20,000 bases of DNA from an uncultured virus (IMG/VR IMGVR_UViG_3300005961_000014) (taxonomy: Duplodnaviria; Heunggongvirae; Uroviricota; Caudoviricetes): the IMG/VR virus record IMGVR_UViG_3300005961_000014, positions 55,082 through 75,081 of that record. One strand, given 5' to 3'. Shown in pieces: positions 1-8,075 of this stretch; positions within the stretch are counted from its first letter, which is position 1; each line of letters starts with the position of its first letter. The position numbers were made by a program, and so were the translations under genes. The notes below the pieces were generated by a model that saw nothing but the letters and a program-made list of their open reading frames with translations, was not told where the DNA came from and ran no database searches.

Positions 1-1084
1 AGATGCCGGCAGCAGCAGTTGCCAAAACCTTGACGTCTTTCGGAGCAATGGCTTCGCCTTCCAGCTTGCGATCAGCGCCGCTCAACAGATCCATGATGGT
101 GAACTTGTACTTGCCAAACATTCTGGAGGCTTCACCCAGATCTTTCGGGGTTTCGCCAGAAGGTATGATAATGTACAGGCCGTTGTTGCCGGGAAGAATC
201 TTCTTGCCGCGAGCCACAGTGGCACTCTCAGGGGCCCGGGAAGGATTGGTGATGACCACCATGCCATCCAGCGGTTTCAGGACGTTTTCGTATGCAGTGT
301 TCAACTGCTTAACGCCTTCACCGGCGGCACTGTTGGCAGCATCAATGTCAGTGGCCTTGAAAACCTTGTCACCGATCGCTCCCATATCGGCAGCAATAAG
401 AGCGCTGGAACCCAATGCGGCCATCAGACTGGCCACGCTTGCGGTACCAGCCACAACAGTGGCCTTGTTCAGCTTGCCGTTGATTTCAAGGGTTTCCAGC
501 AAACCTGTGTTGGATTCCTTGAAGTCAACTGTACCGGCGGCTTTACCGGCCATTTCATCAGCCTTCTTAGCGAGGGCGTTGGCGCGGGCTGTCAGCTTGG
601 CGGAACCATCGAAGACGGACTTGATCCAACCGGAGAAGGTATTCCACAGCTTCTTGAGCTTCTCGATCAGTGCACGACCCAGTTCCTTGATCTTGTCCAG
701 AGCGCCTTCCATCGAAGCGACAACCGCATCTTCAGGAGAGTTGATGGACTCAGTAGAAACGGTCAAGGTTGTGCCACCGAACCACTTCCGATTCACGGCG
801 TTGATCGCCATGTTGGAGAAGACTATCGCGTCCTTGGTAGGCTTACCGCTCTTCAGCGCAGCTTCCAGACCCTTCACCACTTCACCCATGGTTTCAGTGT
901 CGGCATCAATCGCTTCAACATCGTCAGCGTCGCCTTCGACTTCTTCACCTTGCTCTTCAGCGGCCAGGACGTCAGATTCAGGAGAGGATTCGCCAGCGAT
1001 TTCTTCCAGTGACTCCGGCTCGTCAGCCGGAGCGTCTTCGACCAGGTCTTCAAGACCCAGGCGATAGAACAGTTTGTTGCTCAT
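1..1084 (-). CDS. phiKZ-type internal head (inner body) protein, 3'-truncated by the window edge
   Basis: Manually translated from ATG at 1084, with GAGGT SD upstream (complement of 1092-1096): MSNKLFYRLGLEDLVEDAPADEPESLEE...KGLE...VSTES...VASMEGALDKIKELGRALIEKLKKLWNTFSGWIKSVF...KILPGNNGL. The acidic propeptide with several [S/A/G]-x-E sites, the following amphipathic helix and the LPGN motif are typical of phiKZ internal head proteins. No stop seen in the portions translated. Confidence 0.85.
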   Translation of the reverse strand, partial: MSNKLFYRLGLEDLVEDAPADEPESLEEIAGESSPESDVLAAEEQGEEVEGDADDVEAIDADTETMGEVVKGLEAALKSGKPTKDAIVFSNMAINAVNRKWFGGTTLTVSTESINSPEDAVVASMEGALDKIKELGRALIEKLKKLWNTFSGWIKSVFDGSAKLTARANALAKKADEMAGKAAGTVDFKESNTGLLETLEINGKLNKATVVAGTASVASLMAALGSSALIAADMGAIGDKVFKATDIDAANSAAGEGVKQLNTAYENVLKPLDGMVVITNPSRAPESATVARGKKILPGNNGLYIIIPSGETPKDLGEASRMFGKYKFTIMDLLSGADRKLEGEAIAPKDVKVLATAAAGI

Positions 1085-1105
1085 GGTGCAGACCTCAACA
1101 ATAAG

Positions 1106-1912
1106 TTAATTAGGACCACCCAGCAAACGCTGGATGTGGCGACGATGCGCTTGGAAATCATTCAGGTAGGCCACCTTGCGCCACACCTTCTTCAGATGGT
1201 CACGATACTGTTCATCCGCATCGCTGTACCCATCCACCACTTCACGGAAACGCCCAAGATCAGCACCCGCATGAATAACTCCCTTATCCATCGGGATTTG
1301 AAGATTCATGTAGATATAGGCCTTAACCGCCAATACAACCAGCTCAGCAAACGCCGGATAACTGGTGGGTTGGATATGCGACATCATGGCGTCATTTTCC
1401 AACCAGCAGCGAAGATAGATGTTGGGTGGTAACGTGAAGTTATCCTGGATCAACACCTGATTCTCACCAACCAATATGCAGTTGGCAGTAGAAACCATTG
1501 GGATGGGTTGGTGCGACTGCAGCAATCCCTGCGCAGCATCCAGCAAATTGTTCCCATAGGAGGGTACCAGATTCGTGATGCCCGCCATGGCACCATCACC
1601 GAAAGACACGGACAAAGCCCGTGTAATAGATCGCCCCTGTGTCAAGGTTTTTGGGACCGTATAGATCACCTGATACGGGTCAATGTATTCGTAAGAAGCA
1701 CGGATCAACGGGATCGTTGTTTCCACCCCACCAAACAAATTACAATCCACCATCACTCGTGCATTCAGAACCAAGTCACGAATACGAGCATCTACGGTTG
1801 CAGGGGTTGAGCGGAATTGAAAGTTAAACTGTCGAGAGACAAAAGTCTCTTTCAGAACCTCATCAGGGATCCGAAAATGGACTTGATTGAGGGCGTACGT
1901 GATCGGATTCAT
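1106..1912 (-). CDS. Conserved phiKZ-like phage protein (gp42-like, possibly virion-associated)
   Basis: 268-aa ORF, MNPITYALNQVHFRIP...VMVDCNLFGG. Resembles recalled Chimalliviridae core proteins at this position. Co-oriented with the head-protein gene, 21 nt apart. Confidence 0.65.
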   Translation of the reverse strand: MNPITYALNQVHFRIPDEVLKETFVSRQFNFQFRSTPATVDARIRDLVLNARVMVDCNLFGGVETTIPLIRASYEYIDPYQVIYTVPKTLTQGRSITRALSVSFGDGAMAGITNLVPSYGNNLLDAAQGLLQSHQPIPMVSTANCILVGENQVLIQDNFTLPPNIYLRCWLENDAMMSHIQPTSYPAFAELVVLAVKAYIYMNLQIPMDKGVIHAGADLGRFREVVDGYSDADEQYRDHLKKVWRKVAYLNDFQAHRRHIQRLLGGPN

Positions 1913-1959
1913 GCGTAGAAACCCCGCCGTCGAAAATAACAGATAAGGACATCCTATAG

Positions 1960-1963
1960 CATA
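1960..1963 (-). promoter_or_regulatory. Candidate late promoter TATG upstream of the gp42-like/head-protein unit
   Basis: Minus strand reads CTTTATGCTA about 48 nt before ATG 1912; a second TATG lies at 1981-1984. Confidence 0.3.
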
Positions 1964-2023
1964 AAGGCCACGGAGCGTGGCATATATACTACTTTTCAGA
2001 ATACATCCATTGAGGATACTCCA

Positions 2024-2359
2024 ATGCGCGATCTTGTCCTACTCATGGACGGTCTCGAACTCGAACCCCTCTTTGAACAGAACGACATACCGACGTGTGC
2101 CACCTTGGCTCACCTAGGGCTCGCGTGTCACCGCGTGTTCATACTACCCGTAGAACCCCGGTTCTGGAAAGAGATCAGCCAGCATACGCACCACGCTCAG
2201 GTCAACCCATTTTTCTATCGACAACTTGAACGCGTTGTCCGTACATACCAAGAGCTGTCCATGTATAGCCATTACAACACGGCCGACCTCTCACTCAAGG
2301 ACGTGAAGCACTGTGGTGGGGACTACCGGATAGTATTAGGCAGAGGGAGTCATCCATGA
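2024..2359 (+). CDS. Hypothetical protein, small-ORF array member 1 (111 aa)
   Basis: GAGGA SD before the ATG; ATGA overlap with the next ORF. Confidence 0.75.
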   Translation: MRDLVLLMDGLELEPLFEQNDIPTCATLAHLGLACHRVFILPVEPRFWKEISQHTHHAQVNPFFYRQLERVVRTYQELSMYSHYNTADLSLKDVKHCGGDYRIVLGRGSHP

Positions 2360-2889
2360 TCGTCATGTTTTCGTTCCAAGAAGAAGTCCAGTGGATTGTC
2401 AACGCCACCCTCACGTTTTGTCAACGCCACCAGCTCACTGAGACCCTCAAACCGGAACAGGCTTTGGAATTGATTCGGTGTCTATTGGATGACGCCGTGA
2501 GCGAACGCCTTCAGTGGGCACCCATAGGTCACTCCTATAACAAGGTTGCGGAAGCGATGATGCCGTGGTATCACCCAGCCGCTATGGATACGTTATCCGA
2601 CAGCTACTGGTCATTAGTCATGGATCGCGTCTTTGGCCAAGTCCGACTGGCTACGCACTCCATATACCCCAATAAAACTTGGGATGTGGTTGCGGTTAAT
2701 AGTCTCAAGGATGATACCGTCGTGGTTGAGAAAATCGATGACTGGCGAATCCTGCAATACGAACAACTCAAAGAAGAACAGCGGATACTACCAAGCGGTT
2801 GGCAGTGTCGTTCCGTTAACGGGCACCCTGTCGTGATTCAGTCCTTCTGCGACCCCCTCACCCAAGTTACTGATGGGTTTACCGACTAG
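2356..2889 (+). CDS. Hypothetical protein, array member 2 (177 aa)
   Basis: GAGGGAG SD; ATGA translational coupling at 2356-2359. Confidence 0.8.
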   Translation: MIVMFSFQEEVQWIVNATLTFCQRHQLTETLKPEQALELIRCLLDDAVSERLQWAPIGHSYNKVAEAMMPWYHPAAMDTLSDSYWSLVMDRVFGQVRLATHSIYPNKTWDVVAVNSLKDDTVVVEKIDDWRILQYEQLKEEQRILPSGWQCRSVNGHPVVIQSFCDPLTQVTDGFTD

Positions 2890-2898
2890 AGGTTTATC

Positions 2899-3267
2899 AT
2901 GAAACCTTGTATTGCGCGTCTTGCTATTGATGACTTGATCAACCCTATCAAGACCGTGTTGGGGTACACCGTCAATACCTGGAGCGGTCATGAGGCTCAC
3001 GAAATTGTGGTGCGTGTCACGGAATATGTATTAGGAACAACACCAGGCGGACTGGCGCTCTTAGAACAAGAACTGATTCAGTCATGGGGAGTGGCGCCTG
3101 ATCGAGCCAGGTCTGTTATCTGTCACGCTCTCTTTCCACTGGACGCGGTCTTGAAACCCTATGCGGAGCGCATTGCTGAACACCCCTCCACAGTGAAGCT
3201 TTCTGTATCGCGTGAAACGTTGCGCATCGAAATATACCCCATCTCCACGGGAGAGAAACATGAGTAA
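2899..3267 (+). CDS. Hypothetical protein, array member 3 (122 aa)
   Basis: GAGGT SD; starts 9 nt after the previous stop. Confidence 0.75.
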   Translation: MKPCIARLAIDDLINPIKTVLGYTVNTWSGHEAHEIVVRVTEYVLGTTPGGLALLEQELIQSWGVAPDRARSVICHALFPLDAVLKPYAERIAEHPSTVKLSVSRETLRIEIYPISTGEKHE

Positions 3268-3712
3268 TGAGGGTAAACGCACTCGCGTGTATCTATCGGC
3301 CGAGAAGTTTTTTCGAATCACGGGAAACCATGGCATTCGATTTCTGGAAACACTGCACGGGGAAAGGGCTTTCTTCGAAGAACTCATGTTGCTAGTTAAC
3401 CGGGGGTATTTGCAAAATCGAGCCCTTACCCCGGAAGACATCGCCATGTCTATCAACCGAGAAACGCTTACCACGCTCCTCAAGAAGGTCAACCTGAGTG
3501 TATCCGAAGAAGAAGCCATGGATACATGGATCAGTTTACTGACCGTTGGCTATGATGCTTTTGAGGACGAGCTCTACACCGTGATTGATAAACTCCATCA
3601 GATTGAGGGGACGATAAAGATCCCCTATCTGTCTATCAATGTGATGGACATCGATACCACTCCGGATGAAGATCTGATACTCTTTATCACGTACGATTAC
3701 CTACCTTTTTAG
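3260..3712 (+). CDS. Hypothetical protein, array member 4 (150 aa)
   Basis: Start reassigned from 3212 to ATG 3260, which follows GGAGAGAAAC; 8-nt overlap with the previous ORF. Confidence 0.75.
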   Translation: MSNEGKRTRVYLSAEKFFRITGNHGIRFLETLHGERAFFEELMLLVNRGYLQNRALTPEDIAMSINRETLTTLLKKVNLSVSEEEAMDTWISLLTVGYDAFEDELYTVIDKLHQIEGTIKIPYLSINVMDIDTTPDEDLILFITYDYLPF

Positions 3713-3721
3713 GAGGCTGCT

Positions 3722-4138
3722 ATGTACGTTTACTTCCCACTTCCGTACCATCGATCGTGGTTTAGCCAGACCATGGAGTTGCTAAACGTTCATGGTGAAG
3801 CCCACGACATTGTTGTCTTCATCTCTAGAGCTCTCCGAAACGCCTTGATCAGTTCCTACGAAAGTGAGGAACTGATCAATATGCTGTCACTTGAGTTCCA
3901 CGCCGGTCCGTACCGGATTTTGGAGGATCATCAGATCATGGAGGAGGATGTCGGCGGTATCCAGAACTGGTTCTGGAACGAGGTAGAACTGGCTATTGTA
4001 CGCCTCACCGATCATTTCACAGATTATCTGGTACCTAGCGGAGAGTTACCGCGCTGGGCGTACAGTTTCATCAGTCTGGATGAAGACAGTGTCTGTTTCT
4101 TCGTGGAGAGAAGTCATGCGCCTGCTTGTTTCTATTGA
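3722..4138 (+). CDS. Hypothetical protein, array member 5 (138 aa)
   Basis: Strong AGGAGG SD overlapping the previous stop codon. Confidence 0.8.
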   Translation: MYVYFPLPYHRSWFSQTMELLNVHGEAHDIVVFISRALRNALISSYESEELINMLSLEFHAGPYRILEDHQIMEEDVGGIQNWFWNEVELAIVRLTDHFTDYLVPSGELPRWAYSFISLDEDSVCFFVERSHAPACFY

Positions 4139-4571
4139 TATTCCAGCCTGGCTCCATCGTCGAATAGGGAACTTCCTCAACCTCCGGCTAAATGACTTGG
4201 AGTTTGAGGAACTCTTAGACTGCGCGTTTAAGCGCAAGCTGGATCCCGAGTCAGATATCTTAGCGGTTGAAGAGCTACTCTGTGAGCGTATTTCCTACGC
4301 CGCGAAGAATCATGACTGTGAGGTGATGTCTGAAATGTACCGCATCGTCGATGAACTGATACGTGCAATAACGATCGATCCCATGCATCGACGAAGCCTC
4401 TCGGGTCACTCAGAGTTTAATTACAATGTATCGGGTTTCTACGATGACACGTTCATTGTAACCCTTCATGATGTAGATGGAGACCACCATGAGTCGTGTA
4501 ACGCATCTCCTCCCAACCGAGGAATTGATACAGCGTTTCTACCAACTGTATACCAGTCTGGACAATCTTGA
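4116..4571 (+). CDS. Hypothetical protein, array member 6 (151 aa)
   Basis: Start reassigned from 3996 to ATG 4116 after GGAGAG; protein begins MRLLVSIDIP. Confidence 0.72.
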   Translation: MRLLVSIDIPAWLHRRIGNFLNLRLNDLEFEELLDCAFKRKLDPESDILAVEELLCERISYAAKNHDCEVMSEMYRIVDELIRAITIDPMHRRSLSGHSEFNYNVSGFYDDTFIVTLHDVDGDHHESCNASPPNRGIDTAFLPTVYQSGQS

Positions 4572-4902
4572 CGGCGAATCGTTCGAACACTATGTGGGAG
4601 TTGCATGCACTGCGTGTCGCACCAGCCCACCCTCGCGAATTGATCTGGATCGCATCCGGAATTACTTGGGGGATACAGACGCTACAACCATCTTCTTGGT
4701 GGGGTTGGAAGAACTCACGGCACAGCTCCATGAACTATTTCATGAGTACCGTTTGTATCGCTGGCCTGGTGAAACCCGATTAGACTACCGCTTTGAGCGA
4801 CTATCTGGTGATGACATTATGATGGCTCGGATTGAATCACCCAAACAGAGCGTCAGCATATTGGAGCTCATGCAAGATGACAATAATTATCCTCGAATCT
4901 GA
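4489..4902 (+). CDS. Hypothetical protein, array member 7 (137 aa)
   Basis: ATG 4489 preceded by GGAG; overlaps the previous ORF by 83 nt. Confidence 0.7.
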   Translation: MSRVTHLLPTEELIQRFYQLYTSLDNLDGESFEHYVGVACTACRTSPPSRIDLDRIRNYLGDTDATTIFLVGLEELTAQLHELFHEYRLYRWPGETRLDYRFERLSGDDIMMARIESPKQSVSILELMQDDNNYPRI

Positions 4903-5179
4903 AACACTGATCGAGCTGCTGGATGCTGTCCGGTATGAGCATTCCCCAGAAACTCCTCCAACCGATATTCGGATTACACTGACCTGTCTAGAGATTGTTA
5001 ATGAATTGCTGCTGCTGGCCGGTGGTGACAATAGTGATCTCCGAGGCGTTGTTGGGGAAAGTCTCATCTATCTCGTTCAGCGAGCACGGCGTGTGCTAAC
5101 CCGCGCCGTCAACCCACACACCCCTATCCGGTTCCGGATGGTGGACACCCTAGGCACCGTTGTCATTCACATTGACTGA
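4877..5179 (+). CDS. Hypothetical protein, array member 8 (100 aa)
   Basis: ATG 4877 preceded by GGAG; protein begins MTIIILESE; fills the gap before the next gene. Confidence 0.68.
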   Translation: MTIIILESETLIELLDAVRYEHSPETPPTDIRITLTCLEIVNELLLLAGGDNSDLRGVVGESLIYLVQRARRVLTRAVNPHTPIRFRMVDTLGTVVIHID

Positions 5180-5186
5180 GGATACC

Positions 5187-5615
5187 ATGAACCTGACGTT
5201 TGATTTGATCGGTAAGGTCATCAGCTTTACCACCCGTGCGCCCAGTTTGCTGGGAACCAATTTCAATCGTGTCAAGGTGCTAGCGATTTTGGATCGCGAT
5301 ACTGCCTTGAATTACCGCGATGTTACCTCCACGCATCTCAATATTTACCCCACCATCCACGCTATCGATCCGACGTTCCCACCGGAATCCAACGATTATC
5401 ACTATATCAAGATCCAATACGAAGACGGGCGGGTGGATACCTTGGGATGGCTATGGCTGGATACCAACTCTGTCGTGGAAGTCACTACCGCCACCTGTAC
5501 CGTTCATGTGGATAACATCACCTTGGGTGACATTCCTCGGATTCGGAACGCGCTGTTATCGATTGGAATCGGTAACTTTCACATCACTACTCCCTCATGG
5601 AACGAGCCGTCCTGA
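5187..5615 (+). CDS. Conserved phiKZ gp49-like protein (142 aa)
   Basis: GAGGA SD and ATG 5187. Beta-rich sequence (ISFTT..LLG...VKVLAIL...H.NIYP...Y.YIKI) resembling the recalled core gene directly upstream of the DNA polymerase in phiKZ-like phages. Confidence 0.65.
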   Translation: MNLTFDLIGKVISFTTRAPSLLGTNFNRVKVLAILDRDTALNYRDVTSTHLNIYPTIHAIDPTFPPESNDYHYIKIQYEDGRVDTLGWLWLDTNSVVEVTTATCTVHVDNITLGDIPRIRNALLSIGIGNFHITTPSWNEPS

Positions 5616-5727
5616 AACGCGATAGTCTCCATCGAGGGAGTCAGCTCTCTAACATACGCCGTATGTATATGTGACGCTATTCTCCAAGTGTCACATTAGG
5701 CAGCCACGCTTGAAATGAGCGAGCTTA

Positions 5728-5788
5728 AGCCGGAGGTGTGGTGATGCGGTGCCCTCTCCCGCGGCGTTATCCACTCCGGCTCTTTTTT
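5728..5788 (+). terminator. Long imperfect hairpin followed by a T-tract
   Basis: AGCCGGA (5728-5734) pairs with TCCGGCT (5775-5781); inner GTGG/CCAC and TGATGC/GCGTTA pairings; followed by CTTTTTT. Confidence 0.55.
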
Positions 5789-5814
5789 ACACAGATCCGC
5801 CGCCGTCAAGCTGC

Positions 5815-5875
5815 CGGTATAAACTCCCCATTCTCCCCACGCCCGTGGGGAGTTTATGCCGTCTCTTTTTTTTTT
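5815..5875 (+). terminator. Intrinsic terminator-like hairpin with T10 tract
   Basis: CGGTATAAACTCCCCA (5815-5830) pairs with TGGGGAGTTTATGCCG (5846-5861) with one G-U pair; T run at 5866-5875. Confidence 0.7.
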
Positions 5876-5913
5876 CACAGACTGAGTTATCTGATGTAAG
5901 CGAGGACTTTATC

Positions 5914-8067
5914 ATGTCGCACTTCATATACCCCGACGCAGCGTATGACCGAAAAGTAGATATTCTTTCAGCGAGTATCGAACAATCCGCAACGTACCTG
6001 CATCAACTCAGAAACATCCCCTACGAGACCGCACATCGTTTCGTACACGACCGTGTCTATGGTCTGAACGGTCAACAGCAGCTATTGAAAGAACGTCGCG
6101 TGTGTGCGTTGGTTCGCGGTAAGAACGGAGACCGTGAAAAGAAAGACATCCCGTTTCGGGAATACCACGCCAAGATTCTTGAGAAGAAGATCATTCTTTC
6201 ACCCTCCTTGACAGGATACCTTAGTCCTGACGTGAAGGAATCTCTACTGGCCGTGTTTGCCCAAGGTAATATGGATCGACGCGGGACACTCAAGAAACTC
6301 AAGTTCAAGTACAAGATGGCTAAGGATGCCGCCCGCGCCAACTATTACGATGGACTCCAAGAATCCGTCAAGATTCTGAACAACTCCCTATCAGGGGCAC
6401 ATGCAAACGACTCAACACCGTTGGCTAACAAGTCGTCACACCCAACATTAACCAGCACCTGCCGTACCTCATCTAGCTATGCCAATGCAAACAATGAAAT
6501 GCTTCTGGCGGGGAATCGACATTTCTGGTGTCCAGCGGTAGTAACAGCATGCATGATTAACGCGTCCGTCTACACGGATTTCGACGCACTTCATGCCGCT
6601 ATCGACAAGTACAACCTGTATCTCCCCACGCCGGATGACGTCGTGGCGTGTATTCGCAGGTCTTCCCGGTATTACTTCCGGGGAGACAAATACATGGATC
6701 ATTTCCGAGAACATGCGGACCGGATGACTGGTGTGCAGCGTGCTGCCTTTGTGTATATTGGCGACATGTATCACCTGAAGGAACACAATCCTCAGGTGGT
6801 TAGAGACTTCCTATCAGCGTTATCCACACCCGCTGCGATTCCGGTGAATAACACCGAGGCATTGATCAAGGAACATAAAGGCGATGCACTCACCCTTGCC
6901 ATGATGCTGCTGTCTGATCGAATCCAAGGGATTCAATTGGAGGATCTGGAAACCAAAAATCCGGAACTCTACGGGTTACTAGGTGGTACTATCCAGAACA
7001 TCGCCAACACCATTGATGATTTCCAAACACTCATCAAAGGGGTTTTCAGACCCACCACCCTTCCGACATCTATTGCGATTCTACCCACCATCATTCGTGA
7101 AGTGGTGATGACTTCGGATACGGACTCTACGATCTTTACAAATCAGTATTGGGCAGATTGGATGACGGGGTCAGAAGACTTTAGCATTGAAGGGTATCGC
7201 ACTGCGTATGCCACTACGTTCTTGGCATCTCAAACAGTGCGACACAAACTGGGACTCATGTCAGCTAATTTGGGTATTGTCAAGCGTCACATGCACCGTA
7301 TCTCCATGAAGAACGAATACTTCTTCCCGGTGTATTCCTTAACGCCAGTGGCTAAACACTATTACGCCCTTCGTTCTATCCAGGAAGGAAACGTACTCCC
7401 AGAACTGGAACTGGAAATCAAAGGTGTTCACTTGCGTGACTCCAGCGCCCCTCCTATTGTCACCAAGAAACTGCACAAGTACATTCGATGGATCTTGGAA
7501 GGCATCATGGATAATAAGCGCTTCAGTTCACAAGAAATCTTGACACCGGTAGTTGAGCTGGAGCAAGACATTGTGACCAGTATGGAGAAAGGAGAAACTC
7601 GGTACATGCGAGCTGTACAGATTAAGGACAGCAGTTCTTATGCGGACGAAGAAGAAGCCAATCTCTACAAGAACCATTTGTTCTGGAACGAAGTCTTTGG
7701 TCCAAGCTACGGTGAAGCCCCCCCTCTGCCCTATTACGCCACTAAGGTTTCTGTCGAACTTCCGAACCGAACGCGTCTCCGTGAATGGGTGGAGGACTTG
7801 CAAGACAAAGACCTCGCAGACCGTTTTCGTAAGTGGCTTGTCAAGTCGGGTAAGACGTCCATCGAAACGTTCTACGTCCCGCAGACAGTCATCGAGGCAC
7901 GAGGGGTGCCGACTCCGATGTGTGACGCCATGCATTATCGCAAGGCCGCCATGGGGATCACACGCCCCTTCTATCTAGTGATGGCATCACTCGGCCTCTA
8001 TTGCGAGGATGACAAGTATCGCCGCATGATCTCAGACACCTTCCGAACCTATGGTCATGCGGCATAA
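5914..8067 (+). CDS. Family-B DNA polymerase subunit, phiKZ gp50-like (717 aa)
   Basis: Motif B-like KILNNSLSG (6370-6396), motif C DTDS (7117-7128), MKNEY and EIKGVHLR motifs. Start reassigned to ATG 5914 after GAGGA. Confidence 0.88.
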   Translation: MSHFIYPDAAYDRKVDILSASIEQSATYLHQLRNIPYETAHRFVHDRVYGLNGQQQLLKERRVCALVRGKNGDREKKDIPFREYHAKILEKKIILSPSLTGYLSPDVKESLLAVFAQGNMDRRGTLKKLKFKYKMAKDAARANYYDGLQESVKILNNSLSGAHANDSTPLANKSSHPTLTSTCRTSSSYANANNEMLLAGNRHFWCPAVVTACMINASVYTDFDALHAAIDKYNLYLPTPDDVVACIRRSSRYYFRGDKYMDHFREHADRMTGVQRAAFVYIGDMYHLKEHNPQVVRDFLSALSTPAAIPVNNTEALIKEHKGDALTLAMMLLSDRIQGIQLEDLETKNPELYGLLGGTIQNIANTIDDFQTLIKGVFRPTTLPTSIAILPTIIREVVMTSDTDSTIFTNQYWADWMTGSEDFSIEGYRTAYATTFLASQTVRHKLGLMSANLGIVKRHMHRISMKNEYFFPVYSLTPVAKHYYALRSIQEGNVLPELELEIKGVHLRDSSAPPIVTKKLHKYIRWILEGIMDNKRFSSQEILTPVVELEQDIVTSMEKGETRYMRAVQIKDSSSYADEEEANLYKNHLFWNEVFGPSYGEAPPLPYYATKVSVELPNRTRLREWVEDLQDKDLADRFRKWLVKSGKTSIETFYVPQTVIEARGVPTPMCDAMHYRKAAMGITRPFYLVMASLGLYCEDDKYRRMISDTFRTYGHAA

Positions 8068-8075
8068 CCGGAGGC

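Noticed and set aside
3..1067. 354-aa plus-strand ORF
   Set aside because: Ser/Ala/Pro-rich antisense shadow of the minus-strand head-protein gene, which has an SD and recognisable motifs.
5640..5790. Possible tRNA
   Set aside because: No T-arm GTTC motif or cloverleaf could be assembled; kept only as a candidate structured RNA.
5749..5913. 55-codon N-terminal extension of the DNA polymerase
   Set aside because: It runs through two terminator-like hairpins and a T10 tract, and a good SD precedes ATG 5914.
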